Assembly (NCBI GenBank): GCA_964016885.1
Contig: OZ024741.1
Span: 129,704,001 to 129,768,000, forward strand
DNA from: Eledone cirrhosa
Taxonomy: Eukaryota
Length of the DNA: 64,000 nt
Reading direction: 5' to 3'
The notes below the pieces were generated by a model. That model was not told where the DNA came from. It searched no databases and worked only from the letters and a program-made list of their open reading frames with translations. A program made the translations under genes and the position numbers. Positions 29,797 to 42,982 of the stretch are shown one piece after another (the stretch's first letter is position 1; each line of letters starts with the position of its first letter).

Positions 29797-30831
29797 CATG
29801 GAACTCTTTTAACCATCTTTTGATCTTATATATTATTATTTATACTCCAGTCCTACAAACTGTAGAGTGCTACTTATCCGATATCTGCATTGCTTTATTG
29901 TACTACAATAAAACAGTTTTAAATCAACATATGAAAAGTAGTTTTAGATTGATGTGTGATATTGGGGAAACATTTTTTGATGGGGGGGGGGGATGAAAAA
30001 GAGGAGGAGATGAGAGTAAAAAGTGGAGGGGGAGGAGTATAATGAGGAAGGATGAGATAGGAGGAGAGATGGGTGATAGAAAGAGAGAGATAGCTTTTAT
30101 AACTGAGAAAAATATATTGTTTTACATAGAGAGGTTGAAAAACCGTTGGAAGATAATGTATAAATTAAAAGAATTTGAAAATTAACGAAGAGAAAAATAA
30201 TGTAAAGTTAAGGTTTGTATATTGAAGGGTTTAATAATATGTGCGATGAAAAGAAATTGTTAATATGTATTAAGAATAATATTTAAGGGTTTAATAATAT
30301 GTGCGATGGAAAGAAAATGTTAATATGTATTAAGAATAATATTTAAGGGTTTAATAATATGTGCGATGGAAAGAAAATGTTGATATGTATTATTAAAAAA
30401 ACAAAAGTAATGTAAGTAAGGATATATTGTGAGATGAGCATGTGTAAGTTAGATGAAAGGGAGAAAAAAATAATGAATAGAGGATGAATAATCTAACGTC
30501 AAAAAAATGTTTATGTTTACGAAGGATTTTTTCAAGGTGATATAAAGTAAGAATATATTGTATTGTGTAATAATTGTTTCTATGTTAGGCACAGTGAGAA
30601 AAGGTACAGATTAGGGGTTAGAAATTAAAAGAAAAGAAAAAGAAAAGAGAAGGAAAAGGAAGAAAGGGAAGTGATAAATAGGAGTGATATAGAATGAGTA
30701 ACAAGTATTATATAATGTATAATAAATAACTTTGAAATAAGGTAGAAAGATGGGTATATTTTTAAAGAAGTATATATATATATATATATGTGCCTTTGAG
30801 AAAAGGATTCTGAATTGATAAAGTTTAGGAT

Positions 30832-32262
30832 ATTAGCTGCATACTTTATGGAAAGTTCTGTGGAATTTATGCAAGCAGATAGAAAACAAGTCAGTGCGTC
30901 TATTTATTATAGAATCTAAATTAGATATAATGGTAAATTTTTCATTTAGACAGAGATTGCAAGTCTTGGATAGAGAACTGTTCAAGTATAATGAGGAAGC
31001 AGAAGAAACCTTTTACCAAGAGATGTTATATTTAATATTTTTGTCTTTCAAGACCATATGAGTTCTGAGAGAGCCGTGTTGGTTCTTTTAAGTTGGTATT
31101 TCAAAGACGAATGATGATTATAAAGACGAGCTTTAAAGCAGGTGGAAGTGGAGCCAAAATAGGTGAAGGAATTGGTGTCAGTTATAACTTTACATTCGTA
31201 GATTAAGTTTTTATCAAGACAATGGTTGTTGAGAGGACATTTATTTTTAGCAGGGCAATTGCAATTGCGATTAGAGAGATTATTAACGAGTGACCTAGTG
31301 TTATCTATAGAAGGAATTGGATTGGAGAAGTTATTTGCGATAGGAATAATAGTTTCTTGATTTAGAATGGGATTAAGAACATTTAGCGAAGTTGTGTTTG
31401 ACGTTGTATTTGGGTTTGCAGAAATTAGCCGAGAGTTTACAATGACGTCGGGAGTACTATTACTATTATTATGATATTCAGTGTTGGGAGGAAAAGATTT
31501 AGTATTTAGTATTTTATTGTTGTGTTTAGAGATAATGTTAGAAATGTTGGAGGATGTCGAATAGGAAAATTTTATAGTGTGTTTGTTAAATATTTTACTA
31601 TAGATATGTGAGGGAGGGAAGCATTTATTTAAGGCACTAAAGAATAATTTAGGAATATTATTATTAATAGAGATGGAGAAAGGAGCATTATACCAGATTA
31701 TGTTTTTGTATCTAGGTCTTTTATTAAAGTTATTGGAATGATCATGATTAATTATTCTACTGTAAGATCTTCTAGAATTTGTTTCTTTATTATATTTGAT
31801 TTTATCAGGATAGCCGGCTTTAGAAAGTGCATTATTATAGTAATTGGCGTTAGCATCAAAGATGTTTTTATTAGATGATAGGTTAGATATTCTTTTTCCA
31901 ATATTACTAACTATAACATTCTTAATATTAGTAGGGTGGTTAGATTTAAAATTAACATAATTTAGGTTCTCATTGTTTTTATGGTAAGGGTAATATAGGC
32001 CAGTGTCAAGATTAAGAGATACATCCAAGAAATTAGCTAGTTTGCTACTATTATCAAATTCAATTTTTAGGTTATGTTGGTTAAAGAGATTACGTATATT
32101 GTTCTTAATAATATTAAGGTTAACTATGTTGCAATTTAAGATAGTAAAGAGTCCATCGTCATGATAAATTCCACCGCGAAGTTGAGGAATTTTCCGACTC
32201 AAAGAGTTCAAAATAAAGATACCAATTAAATCTGTCAATTGGGATGAATCGGATGCTCCCAT
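30832..32262 (-). pseudogene. Penelope RT (motif B onward) plus GIY-YIG, 5'-truncated
   Basis: ORF 31048..32313; residues before MGASDS come from the inverted arm, and there are premature stops in GIY-YIG. Confidence 0.88.
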
Positions 32263-33859
32263 CTCTAAACACAACAATAAAATACTAAATACTAAATCTC
32301 TTCCTTCCAACACTGAATATCATAATAATAGTAATAGTACTCCCGACGTCATTGTAAACTCTCGGCTAATTTCTGCAAACCCAAATACAACGTCAAACAC
32401 AACTTCGCTAAATGTTCTTAATCCCATTCTAAATCAAGAAACTATTATTCCTATCGCAAATAACTTCTCCAATCCAATTCCTTCTATAGATAACACTAGG
32501 TCACTCGTTAATAATCTCTCTAATCGCAATTGCAATTGCCCTGCTAAAAATAAATGTCCTCTCAACAACCATTGTCTTGATAAAAACTTAATCTACGAAT
32601 GTAAAGTTATAACTGACACCAATTCCTTCACCTATTTTGGCTCCACTTCCACCTGCTTTAAAGCTCGTCTTTATAATCATCATTCGTCTTTGAAATACCA
32701 ACTTAAAAGAACCAACACGGCTCTCTCAGAACTCATATGGTCTTGAAAGACAAAAATATTAAATATAACATCTCTTGGAAAAAGGTTTCTTCTGCTTCCT
32801 CATTATACTTGAACAGTTCTCTATCCAAGACTTGCAATCTCTGTCTAAATGAAAAATTTACCATTATATCTAATTTAGATTCTATAATAAATAGACGCAC
32901 TGACTTGTTTTCTATCTGCTTGCATAAATTCCACAGAACTTTCCATAAAGTATACAGCTAATATCCTAAACTTTATCAATTCAGAATCCTTTTCTCAAAG
33001 GCACATATATATATATATATACTTCTTTAAAAATATACCCATCTTTCTACCTTATTTCAAAGTTATTTATTATACATTATATAATACTTGTTACTCATTC
33101 TATATCACTCCTATTTATCACTTCCCTTTCTTCCTTTTCCTTCTCTTTTCTTTTTCTTTTCTTTTAAACCCCTAATCTGTACTTTTTCTCCCTGTGCCTA
33201 ACATAGAAACAATTATTACACAATACAATATATTCTTACTTTATATCACCTTGAAAAAATCCTTCGTAAACATAAACATTTTTTTGACGTTAGATTATTC
33301 ATCCTCTATTAATTATTTTTTTCTCCCTTTCATCTAACTTACACATGCTCATCTCACAATATATCCTTACTTACATTACTTTTGTTTTTTTAATAATACA
33401 TATCAACATTTTCTTTCCATCGCACATATTATTAAACCCTTAAATATTATTCTTAATACATATTAACAATTTCTTTTCATCGCACATATTATTAAACCCT
33501 TCAATATACAAACCTTAACTTTACATTATTTTTCTCTTCGTTAATTTTCAAATTCTTTTAATTTATATATTATCTTCCAACGGTTTTTCAACCTCTCTAT
33601 GTAAAACAATATATTTTTCTCAGTTATAAAAGCTATCTCTCTCTTTCTATCACCCATCTCTCCTCCTATCTCATCCCCCTCCACTTTTTACTCTCATCTC
33701 CTCCTCTTTTTACTCTCATCTCCTCCTCTTTTTCATCCCCCCCCCCCTCGAAAAAATTTTTTTTCCCCAATATCACACATCAATCTAAAACTACTTCTCA
33801 TATGTTGATTTAAAACTGCACTATCCACAAGTGTTTTTAACCTTCATATCATGTCTTCC

Positions 33860-33930
33860 TATTTTATCTGATGAAAACACAAATGTTATTGCATGATGAT
33901 ATTTGTTTTTGAAATGCGCATAATAAAATA
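33860..33930 (+). ncRNA. Hammerhead ribozyme in 3' pLTR
   Basis: tattttat-CTGATGA-36 nt stem II-GAAA-tgcgca-TA-ataaaata; perfect 8-bp stem I. Confidence 0.88.
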
Positions 33931-34014
33931 CATGGAACTCATTTAACCATCTTTTGATCTTATATATATTATATATATATATATATATAATGTATAAAAA
34001 AACAATACAATATA

Positions 34015-34092
34015 ATTACCTCATTACCAGAGGTTTCCCGAATAAGACGAATACGAAAGAAACGTCTTCATTCGTTCGTCGGACGAGGCAAT
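34015..34092 (-). ncRNA. Hammerhead ribozyme motif with core substitution (CCGACGA)
   Basis: Minus strand: attgcctcgt-CCGACGA-acgaatgaagacg..cgtcttattcgg-GAAA-cctctgg-TA-atgaggtaat; 10-bp stem I with two G-U pairs. Confidence 0.7.
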
Positions 34093-34175
34093 ATAAAACA
34101 TAGAGAAATATTTGGAAAGTCTCTTCAAGAAATGCAAGAAAAAATTATATATATATAGATAAAGGTAATACAATA

Positions 34176-34500
<325 letters not shown>

Positions 34501-34559
34501 AAAGGTAGATGGTGTGGCCCTTTTGAAGACAGTTAATAAATACAATGGCCTTTGCTTCC

Positions 34560-35320
34560 TCACAAAACTGGGGCCATCACCTTCCTCGCGGGTGAAACGA
34601 CCTTGGCTTTTTTTGGAGTAGGTGAAGAGGGGTGCTTCAAGTGCATGGATTTTCTCTTTTTCTTTGATTCAAAGTGATGATCCCAACACTCATCCTCGGT
34701 TAGGAAACGTTCGAAGAAAAAAACTAGATCTGCCTCAAACAATGTCAGATTTTCCGGTGATGTGATTAACCTGGTGCGCTTTTGATTAGATATCAGAAGA
34801 TGTGACACCCACGGAACAGGAACCTTCGTCATACCAAGTTCATTGTGCAGAATATTCTCAGTTTTCTCACGGGATATGCTAATAGCATTGGCTATTTGAT
34901 TTATAGTCAATCGCCTGTCATCCCTCACCTTCTAGTGAGCATGGTCAATGTTTTCCTCGGTGTTGGCAGTTGCTGGATATCCAGACCTTGGGTCATCTTC
35001 AAGACTCCCCTTTTCTTTCCTAAATTCGGCTTGATCACTTTTGCTCTATTGATAAAGCTAGAGCGCCATTCCTTAATGTAGCAACTATGTCAGCATGAAT
35101 GTTCTTGGGGGCTAAACCCTTTTTATGCAAGTACTTGGAAACATGATGATGCATAATTTTGTCCATGTTCAAGAAAAATCACTATTAATTACTTTTGAAG
35201 TCATATTTGAACAGTCAGATGTCAGTTTATCTGGAAGGAAACAATGCAGTTATTAAGAATAGTTAAAATTAATGTATCGCTCCTATATAGCAAGCCTATG
35301 AACTTTTCAGCCCTCGCTCG
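34560..35320 (-). mobile_element. Mariner transposon 5' half, degenerate
   Basis: TA + cgagcgagggctgaaaagttc TIR; ORF DRRLTI..IA...WVSHLL (WVPHEL-like)...LTEDECW (first catalytic D)...KVM. Confidence 0.85.
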
Positions 35321-35341
35321 TATGTGTATGTATGTATGTAT

Positions 35342-35885
35342 GTTCTGGTTTTATAATTTTATAAATTTTTACCAATAGAGAGAGTCTAACATAGACACAA
35401 GACACTCTCAATTTGAATTTAAACAACATCAACTAGGTAGACATGTATGCATGTCTACATGCATGTGTAGATATGGATGTTATTGTATGTGTGGATGTGG
35501 ATGTTTTGAGTTGTATGTGTGTATGTGCATATGCTTTGTATCTGTACATGTGTACATGCAGTTATTAGATGCAGAATTTTTGGAATGTTTTACATATTTT
35601 TACTGTTCCATTAATGGATTGTACTTGTAATTTCCTAACTAGTTGTGTTCTTTCTGTTTCTGTAAAGCCTAGCTTCTCAAGATTTGTACTGAGGCAGTTA
35701 CTAACATATCCCAGTGCCCCAATAATCACAGGCATAAATCTGAAGGTATAATCAGGGTGGAGCATTTGCAGATTTCTCATTAGTTCTGCATAGATATTCT
35801 CCTTTTCGCTAATCTTTAATATTATATGGGCATCTAATGGGCATCTAACTTCCACTACTCTACATGCCTTCTTTTTCCTGTCCCA
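35342..35885 (-). mobile_element. R4/Dong-clade LINE 3' fragment (family B)
   Basis: IWDRKKKACRVVEVRCPLD...PVIIGALG REL domain plus 3' UTR, flanked by (CATA)n; homologous to 58137-58420. Confidence 0.85.
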
Positions 35886-35957
35886 TATGTATGTATGCAT
35901 GTATATATGTATTTCTGTATGTATGTACATATGTATGAATGTTTGTATGTATGTATG

Positions 35958-38900
35958 TTATCTCTTTCTCTTAATTTCGAGTATATATTTTTGACCAGCC
36001 ACCTTCCTGGTCGCAAGGTTGTAAAGAAAAAGAAATTGTCATCCCTTGAATCGCAAAAATGTTTTGCAAATTTTGAAGGTGCCAGCTATCGCAGCCATTT
36101 GTAGACTATGAATTAGGGAGCTGCGCTCTTTGTCCGCAAATCCAAGTTCAGTCATACTTTGGTCCAAGCGGGTTGGTATATAACCCGTAGCTCCAATAAT
36201 GATGGGTATGAAGCTAAAGGTGTATCTTGGATACTGGATTTGTAAACTCCTCATCAATGGTCCGTAGATGTCCTTCTCCTGTATTTTTCTGACAACATTT
36301 ACATTAAGTGGGCAGCTGATCTCCACAACAGAACACGTTTTCAATGTGTGGTCCCAAACAACAATATCAGGCCGGTTGTACTTTAATTTTTTGGCAGTTT
36401 TTATTTTCAGGTTCCACCAGTATTCCTTAGTGCCATCTGTCTCAATATATTCTTCCTCGTTTGTTGTTAATTTTGTTTTCCGAAGTCCGTTCCAGATGGT
36501 TCTAGCTATCCCATCGTGTCTCATGGGGAGGTAGTAGCGAGATGACATTCTTTCGCAGCTGGCAACAATGTGGCTTACATCCTCGATCTTTGTTTTACAT
36601 AGCCTACATTTATTGGCAGCTGCTGGCCCTCAGATATTTGGTAGGGAGTTCTTGTTCATGTATTGCATAGAGATATCCCTCAAGGTGTGATGTCATAAAC
36701 TTGTCGGAACTCCAAGCTAGGCATTTTGAGTGGTTTATCCCCTCTATGGTCTGTGTTTTACGTCTCAAGTATCCATGCACAACTTTTTCTGTAAATTGGT
36801 CAATTTTTTCATCTTGTTTGAACATTGAGTAGGATCTTCCGATTTCTCTGGGTGAAAGATTTATATCAGGCTTTATTCCATATCTCTCCTCCAGATCAGT
36901 GGCTATTCTAATGATATTTTTTTTTTTCATGCTCATAAACCTGGGCAAGATGGTTGCCAATCTTTTTCCTCTGTTGAAGGTGTTGCTTCAGTGTTACTAT
37001 CCGGGTCTCATATGATGTTAATATGGATTTTAGACCCCGGCCACCTTCCTTGCGTGAGAAGTATAACCTATCCACATCACCATTGATGTTAAAGTTCCGA
37101 GTAACACTGAGTAGTTTGCGAGTTCTAACATCCATCTCACTTAGTTCTTGCAATGACCAGTTCAGCAGGCTAAATGTTGGCGTTAGAATTGGCACAGCAT
37201 AAGTATTGTGGGCAATGTATTTGTTGTACGCTGACAGTTCTGATGACCATATTTTCTTTACTCTTCTGAGGTATTCAGTTCTGATTCTCTCCTTATTTAT
37301 GGGTCCATCATATCTGACATTCTCATCCTGTCCAAGATATCTGTAGTTCTCACCTGACTGTAGAGGTTGTATTGTCAGGCCGTTCATCTCTAGATTTCTA
37401 GAGGAGGGCACAGCTCTTCCACGTTTTACTGCCAAATATGCACACTTGGACTCACCAAATTTCATTTTGATGTCTGTTGAAAATTGTGTAATGAGGTCCA
37501 ATTGTTTCTTGATGTCATTGATATTTGGCCCATACAACTTCAGGTCATCAACAAAGAAAAGATGGGAGATACTTCTGGACCCACTTCTTTGTCCACCTTG
37601 TTTCCTGAGTAGGTAAGATAGTGGATTTAGTAGTGAGAGAACGAAGAGTAGCACTGACAAGCTATCACCCTGAAAGATGCCTTTCTGGTAATGTATCTTA
37701 TCAGTCTTAACTTGCCCCTTCTCACCTCTAAGGATCAAATTGGTGTACCAGTTCTTGGTCAGGCGTTCAACAGCAGCTACCAATGGTTGTGGGACTTTAG
37801 CTAACTGTAAAGCCTTAACAATCCACCCATGAGGTACACTATCAAATGCTTTTTGAAAGTCCAGCCACACCACAGTCATGTTTCTGCGATTCTTTGTTGT
37901 TTTTTCTTGAATCATTTTATTAGTTAGTAGGTGATCTATGCAACCCCACACCTCCCTCTTTCCACCAGCTTGCTCAGGTGTTATGATGTTGTTGGTAGCA
38001 CAGTGATCCTGTAAGAACAGGTTAAGACCCAGTATATAATTTATACATGATGTTTTCGCAGGCTATTGGGTGGTAATTTTTAGCAAGGGTGGTTTCCCTA
38101 TTTTGGGGAATAAGGAGAGTAGTGGCAGTTGATAACCATCTGGGCAGTTCTTGTGTGCCTTTAATGGTTTCTGTAAACAGCCGTATGAGATCTTGCCGAT
38201 AGAAAGTGAAATTCTTCAACCAGTATCCTGTAATGACGTCTGGGCCCGGTGATTTCCTATTCGACATTTTCTGTAGAGCTGTTTCCAGTATTGACCCATC
38301 TAAGTCATATTGTTTTGTCTGGACATGTTGGCAGTAGTCCTGTACCAGTTCTTTTAGCAAATTAGTTTGTCTGTTGAATCCGTCATCCGTTTCCCATACC
38401 GATCTCCAGTAGCTCTCAACCTGTTCTTTTGAAGGGGTGTCATTTACAGAGATTGAGCATTTGCTACCGAAGCTGCGATAAACTGATTTAGGATCTCTTG
38501 CAAACAATCTATTTAGCACTTGTCGTTTATGTTTTAGTCTTTCTGTTGTAGCTGTGAGTTGTTGTTTCGACTGGTGTAATTTGGAGTTCAAAGTTTTAAA
38601 TTTTGTATCTCCAAATCGTCTCTCTAACTTTTTTTTCAGGTCTTCCTGGTGTCGTGTGAAGTTGCCCTCTATGTTGCATTTCATAACAACTGGGATGTGT
38701 GAGATACTTCGTCTCAGGGACAAAATTTTGCGTTTTAAATTTCGCATCCACGCTGGTTCAGGCGTTTGTATCTTGATTGCGTGGTTTTAGATGTGTGTTA
38801 TATGATAGCAATGTGACAGCTGAAACATATAGCAAAATATTAAGCGTTTCAAATGTCGTTTCTACACCTTTAGATCGTATAGCCTTCAGATAATTGCCAG

Positions 38901-40137
38901 CTATTTCGTTCACCGCTTCCAATTCCAATTTAGTGGGTTCTTTACTGATTGTGGTGTTGTATGGTCTGTCACTCACATTAAGGCTGTGTATCTCTTGAAA
39001 CATATCGTCCCATATCACTTGTAAGGTGTCCACAAGTTTTTGGTGTTCTGTTTGTACAGTAGAGTCATGAATTTCAGCCTCGTTGTTGATGTGGTGACAA
39101 TTACTACTAGAGTTAGCTGACCATTCTCGCTGTTCTTCAGTGGAAGTGGGATGGATTTCAGCAAAATTGTTGGTGAGCTGTTCACTGTTAGATTTAGCTG
39201 GCCATTCTCTTTGTCTGTCAGTGGAGGTGGAGTGGTTGTCTACAAGGGCTGTATTTGTAGTATCACTCAATTCCGTTAGATGTATCAATTTACATCTAAT
39301 GATACGTTTTGCCTGTTCATTTAAATGCTTTGGAGAAAAGTCTAATTCTGGGTATTTGGAATTCCATAAAGGTTTTAGCCTTTGCATAAAACCGAACTTT
39401 TGGGGTTCAGATTGTTTGTATGCTTCATATAATTCTTTGTTAAGCTCGTAGCTCCACTGTATACAACGGTTGTAGTTGCGATTTGGTCGAAGGAGACTTG
39501 TACGTTTTGCCATGATGAGTTCGTCTATTCACTAATATTTTGTATTTATTTTTCAAAATTGTCGATGATCTTCTTTAAAAGTTTCGACAAGGTTTTGTCA
39601 GAATCAAATTTAAAGTTATTCACAGCTTGGGTAATATTTCTTTTCAGTTAGTTTTTAATTCTACAATTGTGTTTTAAACGTTGTTCTTGAATCGTTTGAA
39701 TCGAGAACAAAAAAAAACCGTTACTTAGTATATTTCTTTATGAATGTAATATAATATAACAACACTGTATTTATATGTTAAAGTTTATGTATCATTCATA
39801 TAAATAGGTGTTCTACAACTTATTCACAGTTCAAACACTTATGTTTTTGTTTCTGAATCGAAAACGTTACTTGCATATTTCTTTATAAATGTAATATAAC
39901 AACGTTGCATTTATATATTAAAGTGTATGTATCGTTCATATATCATAAGTGTATGTATCGTTCATATAAATAGGTGTTTTACAACACACTTACAGTTCAA
40001 ACACTTATGTAGAATTATTGTATGTAATCTTACCGCGTAATGTAGCTCAACTTTTTCCAATATATGGTATGTTGCCTTCATGTAAGCCGTAATTACACAC
40101 GTCCGATTATCGGACACTGACCACAACGGTCGCCATT
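35958..40137 (-). mobile_element. Near full-length R4/Dong-clade non-LTR retrotransposon (RT plus REL), frameshifted
   Basis: ORF pieces from 39513 to 36039: N-terminal W..ELN..LY..GFMQRL..LW...YP, KSPGPD, WLDFQKAFDSVPH, GIFQGDSLS, HLFFVDDLKLY, YLG, GGRGL, CCHC knuckle CRLC..EDVSHIVASC, RHD, RPDIVVWD..VEISCP. Confidence 0.93.
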
Positions 40138-40138
40138 G

Positions 40139-40172
<34 letters not shown>

Positions 40173-40339
40173 TGTATGTATGTATGTATGTATGTATGTA
40201 TGTATGTGTGCATACATGTATATATGTGTGCATGCATGGGTGTGAATATGTGTGCGTGTGTGTGTATGAGAGTGTGTGTATGTGTATAGTGATGAAATAA
40301 CACTATTACAGCTACCTCTTATGCTGTTACTGATGATCA

Positions 40340-40882
40340 TGTAGGCGATTAAATTAACACACTTTTCAAACCGTGCTAGAAAGATACTGTCAATGTACAA
40401 TATATAAAGGAAAGAAAGAATAGGGAAATATAGAGAAAAGAGAGAGAAAGAAAGAATAAAAAGAACAGGAAGGGGAGTGGATAGCAAGAGCACTGGTGTT
40501 GCAGAAGAGAGGGGAGGGGTGAAGGGGGACGGCGATGGGGCTTTGCGCCTAAGGCAAGGGGGCAGAAAAGCTGTGCCCCGCGGTAAGACGGCAAAAGTTT
40601 TCCCGCGGACGATGTCCAGTGACACCCGCTGCAACAGCCACCCAACATCGCGGGGCTCCTTCATCAGACCGGCCGCCGACGCTCCGATCTTGCGGAGGAG
40701 TTCGGCAGTACGGAGTCCAAGTACGCCTGATGTCTCGACGGCGACCGTTGCGAAGAAGAAGCGGCCGGACAAACCCCGGTTTTTGTTTATTTTACGTTCT
40801 TCTGCGAGGCGGGCCGCGATGCCGGGGTTTGTGGCCGAAGCGACTAAGCTGGAGGTGGAGAACCTGTGGCGTCCCAGATGAG
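40340..40882 (-). mobile_element. CRE-clade non-LTR retrotransposon 3' fragment
   Basis: WDAT...AARLAEERK...FATVAVETSGVLG..AELL...LLQRVSLDIVRG; forms a GC-rich island. Confidence 0.8.
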
Positions 40883-40964
40883 GGATCTATCTTTTCCTTT
40901 TATTTCCCTTTTTTGTCTTATGATTGCCGTCATTATCGTTGTCATTATCATTATTATTATTGTT

Positions 40965-41375
40965 AGGGCGGTGGATTGGCAGTATCGGTAGAGAGTCGGA
41001 CAACATGCTTTGCAGCATAGAGTTACGGCCCTTTACGTTCTGAGGTTAACATTGCCTTTCATCCTTACGGGGTCGATAAAATAAAGCACAAGTAACGCAT
41101 TTGGGTCGATTTAATCGACTTTCCCCTCCCCCAAATGACTAGCCTTGTGTCTATACTAGAAATCATTATTATTATTATTGTTAGGGCGGTGGATTGGCAG
41201 TATCGGTAGAGAGTCGGACACCATGCTTTGAAGCATGGAGTTACGTCCCTTTATGATCTGAGTTCAAATTCCACCGAGGTTAACTTTGCCTTTCATCCTT
41301 ACGAGGTCGATAAAATAAAGTACCAGTAATGCACTGGTATAATTGCTGGCCTTGTGCCAAATGTAGAAACAATTA
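40965..41375 (+). mobile_element. Two tandem tRNA-derived SINEs
   Basis: Heads gggcggtggattggcagtatcggt at ~40966 and ~41184, different 3' tails, (ATT)n spacers. Confidence 0.9.
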
Positions 41376-41534
41376 TTATTATTGTTACTGTAAATAATAT
41401 CATGTTTATACAGTTTTTATAATAAATAAATTATGTATCATATATAAAGAAAAGAACATTCTCCCGTCCAACACGAAAGAAAAAAAACTGTCCATACACG
41501 ATCATTAGCGTATGAATGCGTGTGTTGACATGTA

Positions 41535-41634
41535 TTCTGTCCTCCCAAAATGTATATACAATTTGATTACCTGTATAGGCAATATTTATTAGAATGCTAT
41601 TGAAGTTTGTATATATTTTTGGGGGACACTCTGC
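41535..41634. mobile_element. ~100-bp Tc1/mariner-type MITE (degenerate)
   Basis: Homologous to 58763-58863. Confidence 0.65.
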
Positions 41635-41773
41635 GTTTCACATTGCAGATCTTCACACTCAGCAGAGCGTGAAACTAACGCCTACCGAACTCGTCTCATG
41701 GACTGAGTTCTCCACTACTACGGTTATAACATCCTAGTGTTCTACGACTATATATATATATATATATATATAT

Positions 41774-41900
41774 AGTTTTAATATAGATGAGATTCTACAG
41801 GACTAGAACTGTTTCATTCTTTAGAAATCATCAGGAATCCTGATGATTTCTAAAGAATGAAACAGTTCTAGTCCTGTAGAATCTCATCTATATTAAAACT
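41774..41900. repeat. Perfect 63-bp-arm palindrome containing an HHR-like core
   Basis: Centre tcatcagg-aat-cctgatga; CTGATGA-tttctaaagaat-GAAA follows. A related fragment lies at 60795-60835. Confidence 0.85.
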
Positions 41901-41966
41901 TTTATACTCTGCAATGTATTGAGTACTTTACTTACTGTGGTTACCTCCGATTCAACCCGGAATAAC

Positions 41967-42041
<75 letters not shown>

Positions 42042-42188
42042 TATATTTATATATATATATACACATATATATATATAAATAAATATAAATATATATATAT
42101 ATATATATATAACGAAGGAAATGTGGTAAGGAACCAGATGGACCATAACGCACCAAAGTACTCAATACTTAGGGTAGTAGAGTGGGTA

Positions 42189-42300
42189 ATAGGAACGAGT
42201 AGGACCCTGACGGCTGAGCTCAAGCCGTTTCGACGGCTAATTCTAGTCCAGAATTAGCCGTCGAAACGGCTTGAGCTCAGCCGTCGGGGTCCTACTCGTT

Positions 42301-42305
<5 letters not shown>
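42189..42305. repeat. Fold-back palindrome with an HHR 3' half
   Basis: Arms inverted about 42247; GAAA-cggct/agccg-TC. Confidence 0.85.
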
Positions 42306-42390
<85 letters not shown>

Positions 42391-42982
42391 GAAAAGAATG
42401 AAACGAAATTTCATTTCTCACTCTTATTACGGCTGAAACCTAAATATAAGTATGTATACGTACATACATATATGTGTACAGACGTACAGTAGTATGTATA
42501 TATATACATACATGCACACATATATATATGTATATTTAGGTATCAGCCGTACTAAGAGTGAGAAATGAAATTTCGTTTCATTCTTTTCCATTTATCGTTT
42601 TCGGCACGCCCGGCCGACTAACTCACTCGATATGCAAATTAGGCTTCTCAGCCGTTAATATGCATAAGGAAATATATACTTTCAAACGTTCAATCATCTG
42701 ACAGAAAGGTATACGTTGCTGACGATAGCTAATAACCTTGAAACTAGTACACCGTTCCTGTGTCAGTGTTGAATAAAAAGAGCGACGATGGTTGCCGAGC
42801 ACTGTACGGCGTAATTCGGGCTGTTTGTTTACAAACAAACCGAACATTATAATAAATGTTCGGTAAACCCATACGTACATATATATATATATATGTGTGC
42901 ATGTATGTATATATATACCTACTACTGTACGTCTGTACACATATATGTATGTACGTATACATACTTATATATATATATAATA

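Larger units (their letters stand above)
29497..33965. mobile_element. Second Penelope-like element of the 10.6-15.5 kb family, doubly inverted
   Basis: Inverted pLTR pair 29497-29833 with extension to 29912; minus arm 29914-32260 (ORF 31048..32313 MGASDS, GGIYHDD, FLDV, GIY-YIG); plus arm 32261-33965 ending in an HHR pLTR; (TA)n at both ends. Confidence 0.93.

Noticed and set aside
30226-30395. 60-bp tandem repeat as a CRISPR-like array
   Set aside because: No unique spacers or cas genes; it lies in a Penelope 3' UTR.
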